Shown here piece after piece: positions 43,702 to 53,639 of a stretch of 64,000 nt of DNA. Under the pieces are notes generated by a model. It worked only from the letters and a program-made list of their open reading frames with translations. It had not been told where the DNA came from and ran no database searches. Each line of letters opens with the position of its first letter. Position 1 is the stretch's first letter. The position numbers and the translations under genes are program-made. This DNA is from an uncultured Aliarcobacter sp. (GTDB lineage: Bacteria; Campylobacterota; Campylobacteria; Campylobacterales; Arcobacteraceae): the NCBI GenBank assembly GCA_963677435.1, contig OY781945.1:1888001-1952000 (forward strand), given 5' to 3'.

Positions 43702-44334
43702 TTAAAAAAAAGATTGCTTAGCAAGATTTACGCATTCATCTATTGATGTTGTAAAACTTATAGTATATTCAATTCCTTTTGGTAAATAAAACGCTGTTGT
43801 TTTTCCTATTACGATTGCTTTATAAGAATCTTTCCAAGAGTATTGATTAAAGAAGCATTCAATACTAGAAGGAGAGGTAAAAATGAATACAGAATTCTCT
43901 TCTAAATCTACATTTGTTTTTTTACAAGAAGTTTTATATGCCACTAATTCATCGACATAAATTTCATTATCTTTTAATATTTCAACCAAATTAGATACAG
44001 TTTTTAAAGCTTTTACATAAAGTACTTTTTTATTTTTTAGCAAAGAAATTAATTCTTGTGCAAATTCATTTCCATGGGAAGTTACTCCTGTGAAATTAAC
44101 TTTTCCACCTAATTTTTCTATTATTTGTGATGTTTTAACAGCAATAGCATAAGAGTTTATTTTTTTCCAATCTTTATTAAAAGAATCCAAAGAATAAACT
44201 GCATTTTTTGAAGTAAAAATTAATGCATCATAATTCGATAAATCGATATCTGATTTGATATATTCAATATGAAAAACTTCTAAATTCTCTACATTTGAAT
44301 ATTTTTGATTACTTAAAAGATAAATTTTAGCCAT
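43702..44334 (-). CDS. hemD: Uroporphyrinogen-III synthase
   Basis: LIFTSKNAV, FTSPSS and IGKTTA. Confidence 0.9.
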   Translation of the reverse strand: MAKIYLLSNQKYSNVENLEVFHIEYIKSDIDLSNYDALIFTSKNAVYSLDSFNKDWKKINSYAIAVKTSQIIEKLGGKVNFTGVTSHGNEFAQELISLLKNKKVLYVKALKTVSNLVEILKDNEIYVDELVAYKTSCKKTNVDLEENSVFIFTSPSSIECFFNQYSWKDSYKAIVIGKTTAFYLPKGIEYTISFTTSIDECVNLAKQSFF

Positions 44335-45901
44335 TATTTATTAACTCATATTTTTGTGTGTAATTTATCGCATCATCTAAATTATGATAAATTTTTATAT
44401 TCTTAAACAAGTTAGCCGTATCTACTGCTAATACTTTTTTCTTATGTCGATATTTTAAAACTAATATTATTTCTAAATCTTTACTTTTAAAATTTTCAAT
44501 TATTTCTTCTAATGTAAAAATTGCAGATATATCTAAAAAAGAGACATTTAAACAATCTATAATTATTTTTTTACTTCTTTTTACTTTTTCTAATCTAACA
44601 TCTAAAGCAGATGCTGTTCCAAAAAACAAAGAACCATTTACCTTTATAATTTCAATATCATGATTTTCAATATCTATATCAAAAGCAACTTTAGATCTTT
44701 TTGTTTTTATTTGAGTATTTTTAGAAACTTGATAAACAGCTATTATTGAAGAAATTGTAATACCAACACCAACAGCCATGATTAAATCAACAAATATTGT
44801 AAGTAAAAATACAGTTATCATAATAATTAAATCTTGTCTTGATACTTTATTTAAGACTTTTAGAAATTTATAATCTAAAATATCAAAACCAACTTTTATT
44901 AAAATTCCAGATAATACAGCTAGTGGAATTTTAGAAGCAAGTGGCGCTAAAAAAAGTACTATCACTAAAAGCGTAATAGAATGAACCATCCCTGATAATT
45001 TGGTTGTTGCTCCACTATTTATGTTTATTACTGTTCTCATGGTTGCCCCAGCTCCTGGAATTGCTCCAAAAAATGAACAAACCATATTTCCAAGACCTTG
45101 ACCAATTAACTCTTTTTTAGAATCATGTTTTGTTTTTGTTTTAGAATCTGCAACAACAGAAGTTAATAATGAATCGATAGTTCCCAAAAGTGCCAGTGTA
45201 ATAGCAAGGGTTAAAATAGTACTTAATTTTAAGAAATCAAATGAAATTGGTAGAACAAATTCAGGTAATCCCATAGGAATTTTACCAATTGTTGTAATAT
45301 TAAAATCCATAAAAATAGAAAAATAAGTTACAAAAACTAAAGCAATTAATGCAGGAGGTACAATTCTTGATATTTTTTTTGGAGTTAAAAACATTATTGA
45401 TAAAGTAATTGTTGCAATAATAATTGCTTCATAATTTAATTTTTTTATAGTATCCAAAAGATGGGTTAAAGTATAAACTATTGAACTATAACCCTCAACA
45501 CCTAAAAAAGGATTTATTTGTAAAATTATAATAATTACACCAATTCCACACATAAAACCTGAAATCACGGGATATGGAATATATTTTATCCATTTTCCAA
45601 TTCCTATAATTCCAAAAGATATTTGCATTATTCCTGCTAAAAAAATAACTGTCATAACTGTAGAAAAATCGTTTGGGAAAGTGGCTATTGTAGTTGCTAC
45701 AATAACTGTCATAGGACCTGTTGGTCCTGAGATTTGAGTAGGAGTCCCTCCAAAAGCAGCTGCAAAAAAACCTAATATAATTGCACCATATAAACCTGCA
45801 ATTGCTCCAGCTCCACTTGCAACTCCAAAAGCTAAAGCTAAAGGAAGAGCAACAACAGCAGCTGTTACCCCTGCAAATATATCATTTTTTACTCTAGTCA
45901 A
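44327..45901 (-). CDS. SulP/BicA-type anion (bicarbonate) transporter with STAS domain
   Basis: ALPLALAFGVASG, SGPTGPM, GAGATMRT and C-terminal STAS (GSLFFG). Confidence 0.9.
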   Translation of the reverse strand: MTRVKNDIFAGVTAAVVALPLALAFGVASGAGAIAGLYGAIILGFFAAAFGGTPTQISGPTGPMTVIVATTIATFPNDFSTVMTVIFLAGIMQISFGIIGIGKWIKYIPYPVISGFMCGIGVIIIILQINPFLGVEGYSSIVYTLTHLLDTIKKLNYEAIIIATITLSIMFLTPKKISRIVPPALIALVFVTYFSIFMDFNITTIGKIPMGLPEFVLPISFDFLKLSTILTLAITLALLGTIDSLLTSVVADSKTKTKHDSKKELIGQGLGNMVCSFFGAIPGAGATMRTVININSGATTKLSGMVHSITLLVIVLFLAPLASKIPLAVLSGILIKVGFDILDYKFLKVLNKVSRQDLIIMITVFLLTIFVDLIMAVGVGITISSIIAVYQVSKNTQIKTKRSKVAFDIDIENHDIEIIKVNGSLFFGTASALDVRLEKVKRSKKIIIDCLNVSFLDISAIFTLEEIIENFKSKDLEIILVLKYRHKKKVLAVDTANLFKNIKIYHNLDDAINYTQKYELINNG

Positions 45902-45924
45902 GGAAAACTCCTAAAAAGTTAAGG

Positions 45925-47400
45925 TTATTTAGTATCTCTTTCTAAATATTCTTCATCACCCATTTTATCATGTTTTCCACGAGCAATTACGTGAATAGGT
46001 GTTCCCTCAAAATTAAAATTATCTCTTAAATAATTTATTAAATATCTTTTATATGTAAAGTGTAAAAGATTTGGTTTATTCATTACTAATGCAATTCTTG
46101 GTGGATTCGTATCGAATTGAGTTGTATAATAAATTCTCAGATATGCACCATTTGGACTTGGAAGTGAGTGTCTCATAACTGCTTCTTCAATAACTCTATG
46201 TAATTTAGAAGTTGGAATTCTTTGTGTATAGTTATTGAAAATTTCTATAATTTTATCTTTTAATCTTTCAATACTTCTTCCAGTTTTTGCTGAAACTGCA
46301 ATGATTGGAGCATAAGATAAAAATCTAAATCTTCTTCTTATTTCTTCTTCCATTTTTTGGAATGTTTCCATGTTTTCATCCCATTTATTTAGAACAATAA
46401 TAGTTGCTAGTCCATATTCATCAACAAGTCCAGCAATTTTTTCATCTAAATCAGAAAGTTCTTTTGAAGCATCTAAGATTACTAAAGCCATATTTGCTTT
46501 TTCTAACATCTCTTTTGTTCTCATTAAAGCAAATTTCTCAATTCCCTCAATACTTCCTCTTCTTCTTAAACCTGCTGTATCAACAAATGTTACATTTTTA
46601 TCTTGATATTCAAAAGATTCATCAACTGGGTCAATTGTAGTACCTGCTATTGGAGAAACTACTGATCTTTCAGCACCAACAATTGCATTAAGAATAGAAG
46701 ATTTTCCAACATTTACTTTTCCTATGATTGCAACTTTGATATTATTATCTATAACTTTATCATCAAGTGTATCTTCTAAAACTGGTTCAAAATTATCATC
46801 TTCTTCACTTGAAAAATCTTCATCATCATCAAAATCTAATTCTCTTTGTTTTTTTAAAGCTTCAGCTTCTTCTAAAGCTACAGTTTCAAGATTAACTGGA
46901 AGGTGTTGATAAATCCAATCAAATAAGTTTTTTGTTCCTCTATTGTGTGAAACTGAAACTCCAAAAAGATTCTCTTCCCCTATTCCAAACTCAAAAAATT
47001 CCCATAATCTTTCTAATTCTTTATCATTATCGATCTTATTTACAACTAAGGCTAACTCTTTTCCTAATCTTTGAAGCTCATAAAATAATTCTTTATCCTT
47101 ATCATCAGGTATATTTTTACCATCAACCATAAAAAGTATTATATCAGCCTCTTTTGCCGTCTCAATAGCTTTTCTTTTTACATTTGAAAATATAGCATCA
47201 TTTGTTTCATCAATACCACCTGTATCTAACATTAATGCTTTTCTATCTAATATTTCAATTTCATGTTTTCTAATATCTCTTGTAGTTCCTGCCATATCAG
47301 ATACAATTGCAATTCTTTTATTTGCAATTCTATTAAATAATGAAGATTTTCCTACATTTGGTTGCCCAATTAGAGCAATTTTTTTTAATGTTTTATCCAT
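45925..47400 (-). CDS. der: Ribosome biogenesis GTPase Der
   Basis: Two G domains (GQPNVGKSS, GKVNVGKSS), acidic linker and KH-like tail. Confidence 0.96.
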   Translation of the reverse strand: MDKTLKKIALIGQPNVGKSSLFNRIANKRIAIVSDMAGTTRDIRKHEIEILDRKALMLDTGGIDETNDAIFSNVKRKAIETAKEADIILFMVDGKNIPDDKDKELFYELQRLGKELALVVNKIDNDKELERLWEFFEFGIGEENLFGVSVSHNRGTKNLFDWIYQHLPVNLETVALEEAEALKKQRELDFDDDEDFSSEEDDNFEPVLEDTLDDKVIDNNIKVAIIGKVNVGKSSILNAIVGAERSVVSPIAGTTIDPVDESFEYQDKNVTFVDTAGLRRRGSIEGIEKFALMRTKEMLEKANMALVILDASKELSDLDEKIAGLVDEYGLATIIVLNKWDENMETFQKMEEEIRRRFRFLSYAPIIAVSAKTGRSIERLKDKIIEIFNNYTQRIPTSKLHRVIEEAVMRHSLPSPNGAYLRIYYTTQFDTNPPRIALVMNKPNLLHFTYKRYLINYLRDNFNFEGTPIHVIARGKHDKMGDEEYLERDTK

Positions 47401-47434
47401 AAATTTTTTTAATCCTAATTTTTTATCATAAACT

Positions 47435-47468
47435 AAAAAAGGTATTAGCTTATATGCTAATACCTTTT
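47435..47468 (-). terminator. Rho-independent terminator after hpf
   Basis: GGTATTAGC-ttatat-GCTAATACC stem flanked by A6 and T4 tracts. Confidence 0.85.
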
Positions 47469-47486
47469 CACTAACAAAAACTTTTC

Positions 47487-48029
47487 TTAATACAATCCAA
47501 ATTTACCTTGAATTGAGCTTTTGTAAAGAACTCTCATAACATCATCTTTGTCATAGAATACCTTGAATTGTGCATCAGATGCTTTTAATTCTTCTAATGC
47601 TTCTTCGATATCCATTGGTTTATAAGATGTTAATCTTACAGGAGTGATTTCATCTTCAAATTTTTCTAATTCAAGAGCAATTCCATCTTGAATTTCTGAA
47701 GATTCAACTTCAGTTAATTTTGTAGCTTTGTGAGCTGCAATTTTATCATGATGTCTTCTTAATACTTTAGATACTCTATCAACAGCAATATCAATTGCAG
47801 CATATAAGTCTTTATCTTTTTGTTTTACAACAATTGTATCTAAATGTGCAATATTTAAAGTAAACTCAAAAGAAAAAGCTTTTTTACCATGTTTTTCTTC
47901 TTGAGAAATAATTGCATTCACAGAAATAATGTCTAAGTTATATTTTTTAAATACTTCTACTGAGCTATTAATGTAATCTTTTATTGAATCTGTTAAATCT
48001 ATGTGTCTTCCTACAATTCCTGTATTCAT
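47487..48029 (-). CDS. hpf: Long ribosome hibernation promoting factor
   Basis: GRHIDLTDSIKDY, DLYAAID and C-terminal KPMDIEEA. Confidence 0.92.
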   Translation of the reverse strand: MNTGIVGRHIDLTDSIKDYINSSVEVFKKYNLDIISVNAIISQEEKHGKKAFSFEFTLNIAHLDTIVVKQKDKDLYAAIDIAVDRVSKVLRRHHDKIAAHKATKLTEVESSEIQDGIALELEKFEDEITPVRLTSYKPMDIEEALEELKASDAQFKVFYDKDDVMRVLYKSSIQGKFGLY

Positions 48030-48213
48030 AACATACTCCTTATATATAATTTATTTATTCTATCATAATATTGTTGAATAGTATATATACTAAAAAAAAA
48101 TAATACTTGTAAAGTATAGCAATATTGAAATATCCAAGATTATTATTTGATTTTAGATTGAAATGTTTAATATTTTATAGATAATTTTATTTTTATTGGA
48201 ATTCAGTTATGCA

Positions 48214-49092
48214 TTAAGCATAACTGAATTTAGAAGAGTTTGATGAAGATAAGTTAGAAACATAAGTATTTAAATCACTATTATTACTTTGATTATTCAT
48301 CATTTTCATAATATTTTTAAAATTACTTAAATCTAAATCTTCAGAGCTACTTTGACTATTAAGTTTTATAGTATCTAATAATAATTTTATACTATCTTTT
48401 GTATCTTGATTTGTAGCTTCTAAAGCTGATGAAGTTGTTTCATCTGTTGAAATTCCAAGTGCAGCATTTTTTTCCTCTTGAGAAACAATACCATCTTTAT
48501 TTGTGTCTAGTTCATCATATTCTTCATCTTGAACTATTGAACTTCCACCACCTCCACCTGCTGGAGCTGATTGAGATTGTTGAGCGTTGCTAGAACTTGA
48601 AACTTGATCAAAAGCAGTAGATAGCTCATCGCTTGAAACTGAACCATCACTATTTGTATCTAGTGCTGAGAATTCATCATCACTTAATAAAGAAACTTCA
48701 TCTGAACTTAAAAGTGAATCTCCATTTGAGTCATATTGAGACATAATTAATGAACTAAAATCACTCCCTGCTGTACTACTGCTATTAGTATTTGGAATTG
48801 GTGGTTCAGGCATTTCAAGACCTAAATCGGAGAGTAAACTTGCAAACTCATCTTTTGATGGCATTTCACCATCAAAAGATGATAACTTGTTATCAATTGC
48901 ACTTGCTATTTCATCTTGTGTAACTAAACTATCACCATTTGAGTCTAATGTTGAAAATTGATCTTCACTAATTCCTAATTCATCTATACTTAAAGAAGAA
49001 TCAGAATTTATATCACTTTTGCTTATGATGTCTTTTGAAATATTACTTACAGGTGACATCATACCCATAGAACTATACGAAGAAATTGTCAT
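48214..49092 (-). CDS. Acidic Ser-rich multi-EF-hand (putative Ca2+-binding) protein
   Basis: Five DxNxD loops: DINSDSSLSIDE, DSNGDSLVTQDE, DSNGDSLLSSDE, DTNSDGSVSSDE, DTNKDGIVSQEE; AAGGAG SD; no Sec signal. Confidence 0.85.
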   Translation of the reverse strand: MTISSYSSMGMMSPVSNISKDIISKSDINSDSSLSIDELGISEDQFSTLDSNGDSLVTQDEIASAIDNKLSSFDGEMPSKDEFASLLSDLGLEMPEPPIPNTNSSSTAGSDFSSLIMSQYDSNGDSLLSSDEVSLLSDDEFSALDTNSDGSVSSDELSTAFDQVSSSSNAQQSQSAPAGGGGGSSIVQDEEYDELDTNKDGIVSQEEKNAALGISTDETTSSALEATNQDTKDSIKLLLDTIKLNSQSSSEDLDLSNFKNIMKMMNNQSNNSDLNTYVSNLSSSNSSKFSYA

Positions 49093-49113
49093 AATAACTC
49101 CTTTTTTTCTTTT

Positions 49114-49145
49114 ATCTTATTCTTTTATGGTAAACAATGGGTAAC
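49114..49145 (-). promoter_or_regulatory. Cassette box promoter of the EF-hand gene
   Basis: Minus strand GTTAC-N6-TTTAC-N10-TAAGAT. Confidence 0.7.
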
Positions 49146-49151
49146 ATTTTA

Positions 49152-50489
49152 TTAAGAACTTGAATCATCAATTATTGCTTGTAAAGATGCAAAATCATTT
49201 TCCATTTGTGTAATAAGTACAGTATAAGAGGCAAATTGTGTAGCCATTTGGTCATATTTTTCATCTAATTTATCTGATGCTGTTTGATAATCTGTATCTA
49301 ATGTATCAAGCCTTGAACTTAATCTATCTGAATAAGTAGATAATAAACCTCCATCTAAACTATCAAGAGAAGTTAAATAAGTTTTTAGTTTTGTTCCAAT
49401 TCCTTCTTTTTCAGCATAACCAACAAATAACTCTTTTAAATCATCATAATTATCTGATATTGCTGTAGATAATTCTGTATCATCAATTTGCATATAACCG
49501 CTACTATCAAATGATATACCATATTTAAATAAATTTTCTTCATTATCTAAACCATAATTTCCAAATAAAATATTTTTAATATCACTCATCATTGTTTTTA
49601 ATGTACTTGAGTCTGATATTACAGCTGCATTATCTTCATCACCTAAAATATATGAATTTACTAAATCAACTAAATCATTATATTTATCTGCCATGTTATT
49701 TATTCCATCAATTAAAGATGAATCATCTCTTTCCATGGTGATAGTTGAAGTTCCCTCAGAAATTGCTTTAATTATTAAGCCATTTTGCATAGTTACTTTA
49801 TTTGAAGATAAATCATAATCAACTCCATCAATTGTGGCATTCATATTCTGTGCAGTTAAAACATGATTATCTTCATCATTTAATCCTAAATCAATATCTG
49901 TTTGAGTAATAGTTAAAGCATTAGAAAGTCCACTCTCATTACTTTTTATAACCATTCGATAACTACTATCACCAACTTGTTCCAATGCTGCATCTAAATC
50001 AGGATAGTTATTCATTTCAGAGATAAGTGTCTCATAAGTTTTACCATCTGCTGAAAAATCATATGTATTATCTCCAATTGAAATACTTATTGTTCCACTA
50101 TCCATTGTTGAAGTTTTATCTGTAATTAAATTGGATTGATAAACATCTTTCTGAGCTAATTGTGTAACATTTACACTTATTGTTCCAGGTTCAAGATCAC
50201 TTGTATCTGTTGCATCAAAAGATGCAGAAGTACCTGATGTTGATGCTGTAATTTCATCAAAAATATTTGTTCCACTAGTAAATAAGTCGAAATCTTTTAC
50301 AATATCTAAAAAATCTGTAACCATTGTTTCTATTTCAGTTACTGCATCAATCTCAGCTTGTGTATCTTCTTCTTCTGCCGTAATTGGGTCTAATATACTT
50401 GTGCTTTCTGCTGCTTTTAGTTTTGCTATTAATTCTGAATTTAAATCAAGACTTCCAGAGCTTCCTAGTCCTAATATTCCATCTGCCAT
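49152..50489 (-). CDS. fliD: Flagellar filament cap protein (acidic variant)
   Basis: MADGILGLGS..LN..LI.KLK.AE N-terminus, VTQLAQKDV, GI.FD..G and C-terminal coiled coil. Confidence 0.9.
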   Translation of the reverse strand: MADGILGLGSSGSLDLNSELIAKLKAAESTSILDPITAEEEDTQAEIDAVTEIETMVTDFLDIVKDFDLFTSGTNIFDEITASTSGTSASFDATDTSDLEPGTISVNVTQLAQKDVYQSNLITDKTSTMDSGTISISIGDNTYDFSADGKTYETLISEMNNYPDLDAALEQVGDSSYRMVIKSNESGLSNALTITQTDIDLGLNDEDNHVLTAQNMNATIDGVDYDLSSNKVTMQNGLIIKAISEGTSTITMERDDSSLIDGINNMADKYNDLVDLVNSYILGDEDNAAVISDSSTLKTMMSDIKNILFGNYGLDNEENLFKYGISFDSSGYMQIDDTELSTAISDNYDDLKELFVGYAEKEGIGTKLKTYLTSLDSLDGGLLSTYSDRLSSRLDTLDTDYQTASDKLDEKYDQMATQFASYTVLITQMENDFASLQAIIDDSSS

Positions 50490-50500
50490 TTTATCTCCTT

Positions 50501-52102
50501 TTACATTGCTAATAAAGTTTGTAGCATTTCATCTACTGCTGTAATTATTTTTGCATTTGCTTCATATACTGATTGAAATTTAAGAAGATTTACCATTTCT
50601 TCATCTGAATCAACTTTTGTTAGGTTGTTATATGTTGTTTCTAATGAATTTACTATTGCATCTTGAGCTTCAAGTTTAAAGCTATTATTTTCAACATTAG
50701 AAGAAACATTTACTAATAGATTTTGATAAAATTCACTAAAAGAAGTTTTTGAAGTTGTTCCAATAGTTAAATTCGTATCCCATTGTATTGATGACAAGTT
50801 TTCTAAATCATTATTTGTTAATGAACTTACATTATCAGAAATAAAATCTAAAGAATCTACACTTGAACCTTTAAATAATGGTGTTTCACTATTTGAATTT
50901 ACTGTTTCAACTAATGCTTTTGCAAATTGATCTAAACTATTTTTATATGCATATATATTTGAAGTTGATGTAGTAAGTTCTTGTGTTATTGCCTTTAATG
51001 AACCACTTGTTAGAGATAAATCATTGTTATAAATTGCTAATGAAACATTATTTTCAGCTTCGACTGACTTATCATTTTTTGATATTTCAGTTCCATTTGC
51101 TGAAATAGAAATGTCAAATTTCCCCTCTTCCCCTTCAGTATTTGATTTTATAATCAAGTTATTACTTGAATCTAAATATGCCGTATAATTTGAAAAGTTT
51201 GAATCTGTATTTACAGTATCAACTATTTGTTGTTTTAACTCATTTTCATCTGTTCCACTAACATTAGCACTTAAAGTAAGTGTAGTTGTATTATTTAGTG
51301 TTATTGATATTTCATCTCCATCACTGAAGTTATTATCATTTAAATCACTTGAATTATAAATATCTTTTTGCGCAATATTTTCTTTTTTAATACTTACTTC
51401 AGATAAATTTGTATCATTAAAAATAACACTTACTCCAGCAATTTTTAAATTGTAAGTATCACTATTTCTATTTACTTCTATATCAACATAATTTGATAAC
51501 TCTTTCTCAAGTGCATCTCTTTTATCTAATAAATCACTTGAAGCATCACTACTATTTTGCATTTGTTTATTTAAAGAAACTATTTGTTCTAAAATATTAT
51601 TTACACTATCTACTTGATCATTTAATAACTTATTTGTACTATCAAGAGTGTCATTTAAATCATTATTTAAAGTTTGTAAACTATTTACCATTAACTCAGA
51701 TTGGGTAGAAAACTCATTTTGATATATTAAATTTGCTGGTTCATCTCTTAATGATTCGATTGAATCAAAAAAATTACTAATAGTTTTAGAAAATCCACTA
51801 GTATCTGTTTCACTAAACATTGTTTCTACATTACTTAATATAGAATCTTTTTGTTCGTAATATGATGACAAACTACTCTGTGCAACTAATTTATCGTATA
51901 AATAAACATTTGTACTTCGTGTAACTCCATCTAAAGATACACCATTTCCTATATCACTTTCAAGACCTGATAATTCAGATGTATTAACTACTCTTTTTAC
52001 ATAGCCTGTAGTATTCTCATTTGCAATATTATTTGATGTAACTTCAACTGAATATCGTGAAGTATCAAGTCCACTTTTGGCTATATATAGTGCATTAATC
52101 AT
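50501..52102 (-). CDS. flgK: Flagellar hook-associated protein 1
   Basis: SNNIANENTTGY.KR, DLLDKRD and VDSDEEMVNLLKFQSVYEANAKII. Confidence 0.92.
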   Translation of the reverse strand: MINALYIAKSGLDTSRYSVEVTSNNIANENTTGYVKRVVNTSELSGLESDIGNGVSLDGVTRSTNVYLYDKLVAQSSLSSYYEQKDSILSNVETMFSETDTSGFSKTISNFFDSIESLRDEPANLIYQNEFSTQSELMVNSLQTLNNDLNDTLDSTNKLLNDQVDSVNNILEQIVSLNKQMQNSSDASSDLLDKRDALEKELSNYVDIEVNRNSDTYNLKIAGVSVIFNDTNLSEVSIKKENIAQKDIYNSSDLNDNNFSDGDEISITLNNTTTLTLSANVSGTDENELKQQIVDTVNTDSNFSNYTAYLDSSNNLIIKSNTEGEEGKFDISISANGTEISKNDKSVEAENNVSLAIYNNDLSLTSGSLKAITQELTTSTSNIYAYKNSLDQFAKALVETVNSNSETPLFKGSSVDSLDFISDNVSSLTNNDLENLSSIQWDTNLTIGTTSKTSFSEFYQNLLVNVSSNVENNSFKLEAQDAIVNSLETTYNNLTKVDSDEEMVNLLKFQSVYEANAKIITAVDEMLQTLLAM

Positions 52103-52111
52103 AATTTACAC

Positions 52112-52480
52112 CTAGTAAATTTTTTTGACATCAACAAAATCAATATAAGTCATATTATCATCCAATATAAATCTATTTTCTATTGGATCTATTCCTAGGA
52201 TTTCATAACACACCAGATATATTTTATTATCGCTTGTTGTTTGAATAGAATTAACACTAAATTGGCTAAAGTGTCTACCATCTTTTAATCTACCATCTTC
52301 AACTACTCGATCTATAATATTTACAATATTTGTCATTGTTAATAAATTCATTGATTTTTGTAATTTTAAAACCATAGATTCAAGAGCATCAAAATTTGTA
52401 TTTTGATGGTTATTCATAAAATAACTATAACACTCAATTACTTGAGACTCTAAGTTCTTCATTTCTATATTTGTTTTCAT
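52112..52480 (-). CDS. Hypothetical protein, apparent truncated FlgD paralogue
   Basis: Aligns by eye with FlgD residues ~75-135 and with the FlgD C-terminus (both end in KIY); AAGGA SD. Confidence 0.65.
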   Translation of the reverse strand: MKTNIEMKNLESQVIECYSYFMNNHQNTNFDALESMVLKLQKSMNLLTMTNIVNIIDRVVEDGRLKDGRHFSQFSVNSIQTTSDNKIYLVCYEILGIDPIENRFILDDNMTYIDFVDVKKIY

Positions 52481-52492
52481 TTTAATCCTTTA

Positions 52493-53626
52493 TTAACTTA
52501 AATATTTAACTAAAGATAAGTTATTAACTTTGTTTATAGTTGAATATAATGCTGTATATGTATTTTCTAATGCTTGTGATTCAACAGCAAGTGCAGTTAA
52601 ATCAGCTGCACCAATAGTCTGCTGTAAAAGTTTAAAATTTGTTACTTTTGATTGAACTATTGATTCATAATTTTCTATTGATGAAGTTCTTACTCCTAAT
52701 TGAGAATGGGCTAAATTTGCAGTATCGTAAGCATTACCAATTTTATCTACTGAGTCTGATAAAATAGTATTTGCTTCATCTTCACTTATTGAATTACCAT
52801 TTGAATCTTGTTGTTTTAGTGCATTAATTATTTCATCTAAATCATCAAATACTGAGTGTTTTGACTCTAAAGAAGATGTTCCTATATTTGTTGTTCTAAA
52901 AGTTCCATCACCATTATTTGTAACTGACAATGGTGTATTTGAACTATCTCCATTTAAATATAATCCATCAAAATTACCATCTTTATCTATATCAAGTAAT
53001 TTATATTGATTACCATCTTTATCCAAAATAACTTCATTTTCATCAAAAGTTAAATCTTCTCCTGATTGTGCAATTTCATTTGTATAATATAAAAGTTCTA
53101 AACCATTTATTCCTTGTGCATTATAAGTATTTGTTTCAACATTAACTGTTTTATTATCATTTGAAGATGCATAAGAAATCTTTCCCGTTGTTTCATCTTT
53201 TATAAATGGTTGTGTGGTTGTACTTTTTCCTGAGAAAAGGTACTGATTATTAACTGTACTATTTGCTAAAGAGTAAATGGTATCTTTTAATGCTTCTAAC
53301 TCATTTGCTATTGATTCTTTTCCATCACTATTTGTTGTTGCCGTTGTTGCTTTTAATACTAAAGCTTTTGCAGATTCTAAAGAATCTTTAATACTTGAAG
53401 CTGCTGTATCACTTGTGGTATTATAAGAGTCTGTTAATTGAATTCTTTCAAGTATTGAACTATAAGAATTTACACTATTATTTACAGATAATAATTGATT
53501 ATATTTTGTTGAATCATCACTTCCATTTTGTAAGGCTTCATTGCTACTTAAACCATAAGTTACTTTTTCATTTCTATTATTTAGTAAACTTAAGTTATAC
53601 ATAATTGTACTTATTGAATTAACCAT
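52493..53626 (-). CDS. flgL: Flagellar hook-associated protein 3
   Basis: Flagellin-family termini, LANSTVNNQYLFSG..T..QPF, and C-terminal Y..INKVNNLSLVKYL typical of FlgL. Confidence 0.85.
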   Translation of the reverse strand: MVNSISTIMYNLSLLNNRNEKVTYGLSSNEALQNGSDDSTKYNQLLSVNNSVNSYSSILERIQLTDSYNTTSDTAASSIKDSLESAKALVLKATTATTNSDGKESIANELEALKDTIYSLANSTVNNQYLFSGKSTTTQPFIKDETTGKISYASSNDNKTVNVETNTYNAQGINGLELLYYTNEIAQSGEDLTFDENEVILDKDGNQYKLLDIDKDGNFDGLYLNGDSSNTPLSVTNNGDGTFRTTNIGTSSLESKHSVFDDLDEIINALKQQDSNGNSISEDEANTILSDSVDKIGNAYDTANLAHSQLGVRTSSIENYESIVQSKVTNFKLLQQTIGAADLTALAVESQALENTYTALYSTINKVNNLSLVKYLS

Positions 53627-53639
53627 AATAAATTCCTAA

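Noticed and set aside
48092..48100. A9 tract upstream of hpf as a phase-variation switch
   Set aside because: Poly-A runs are common here; no long poly-G/C tracts were noticed in the window.
52493..53626. Calling this ORF a flagellin
   Set aside because: It has the FlgL-type YLFSG motif and LSLVKYL end, and lacks the flagellin RINSAADDAAG and SRIxDxD signatures.
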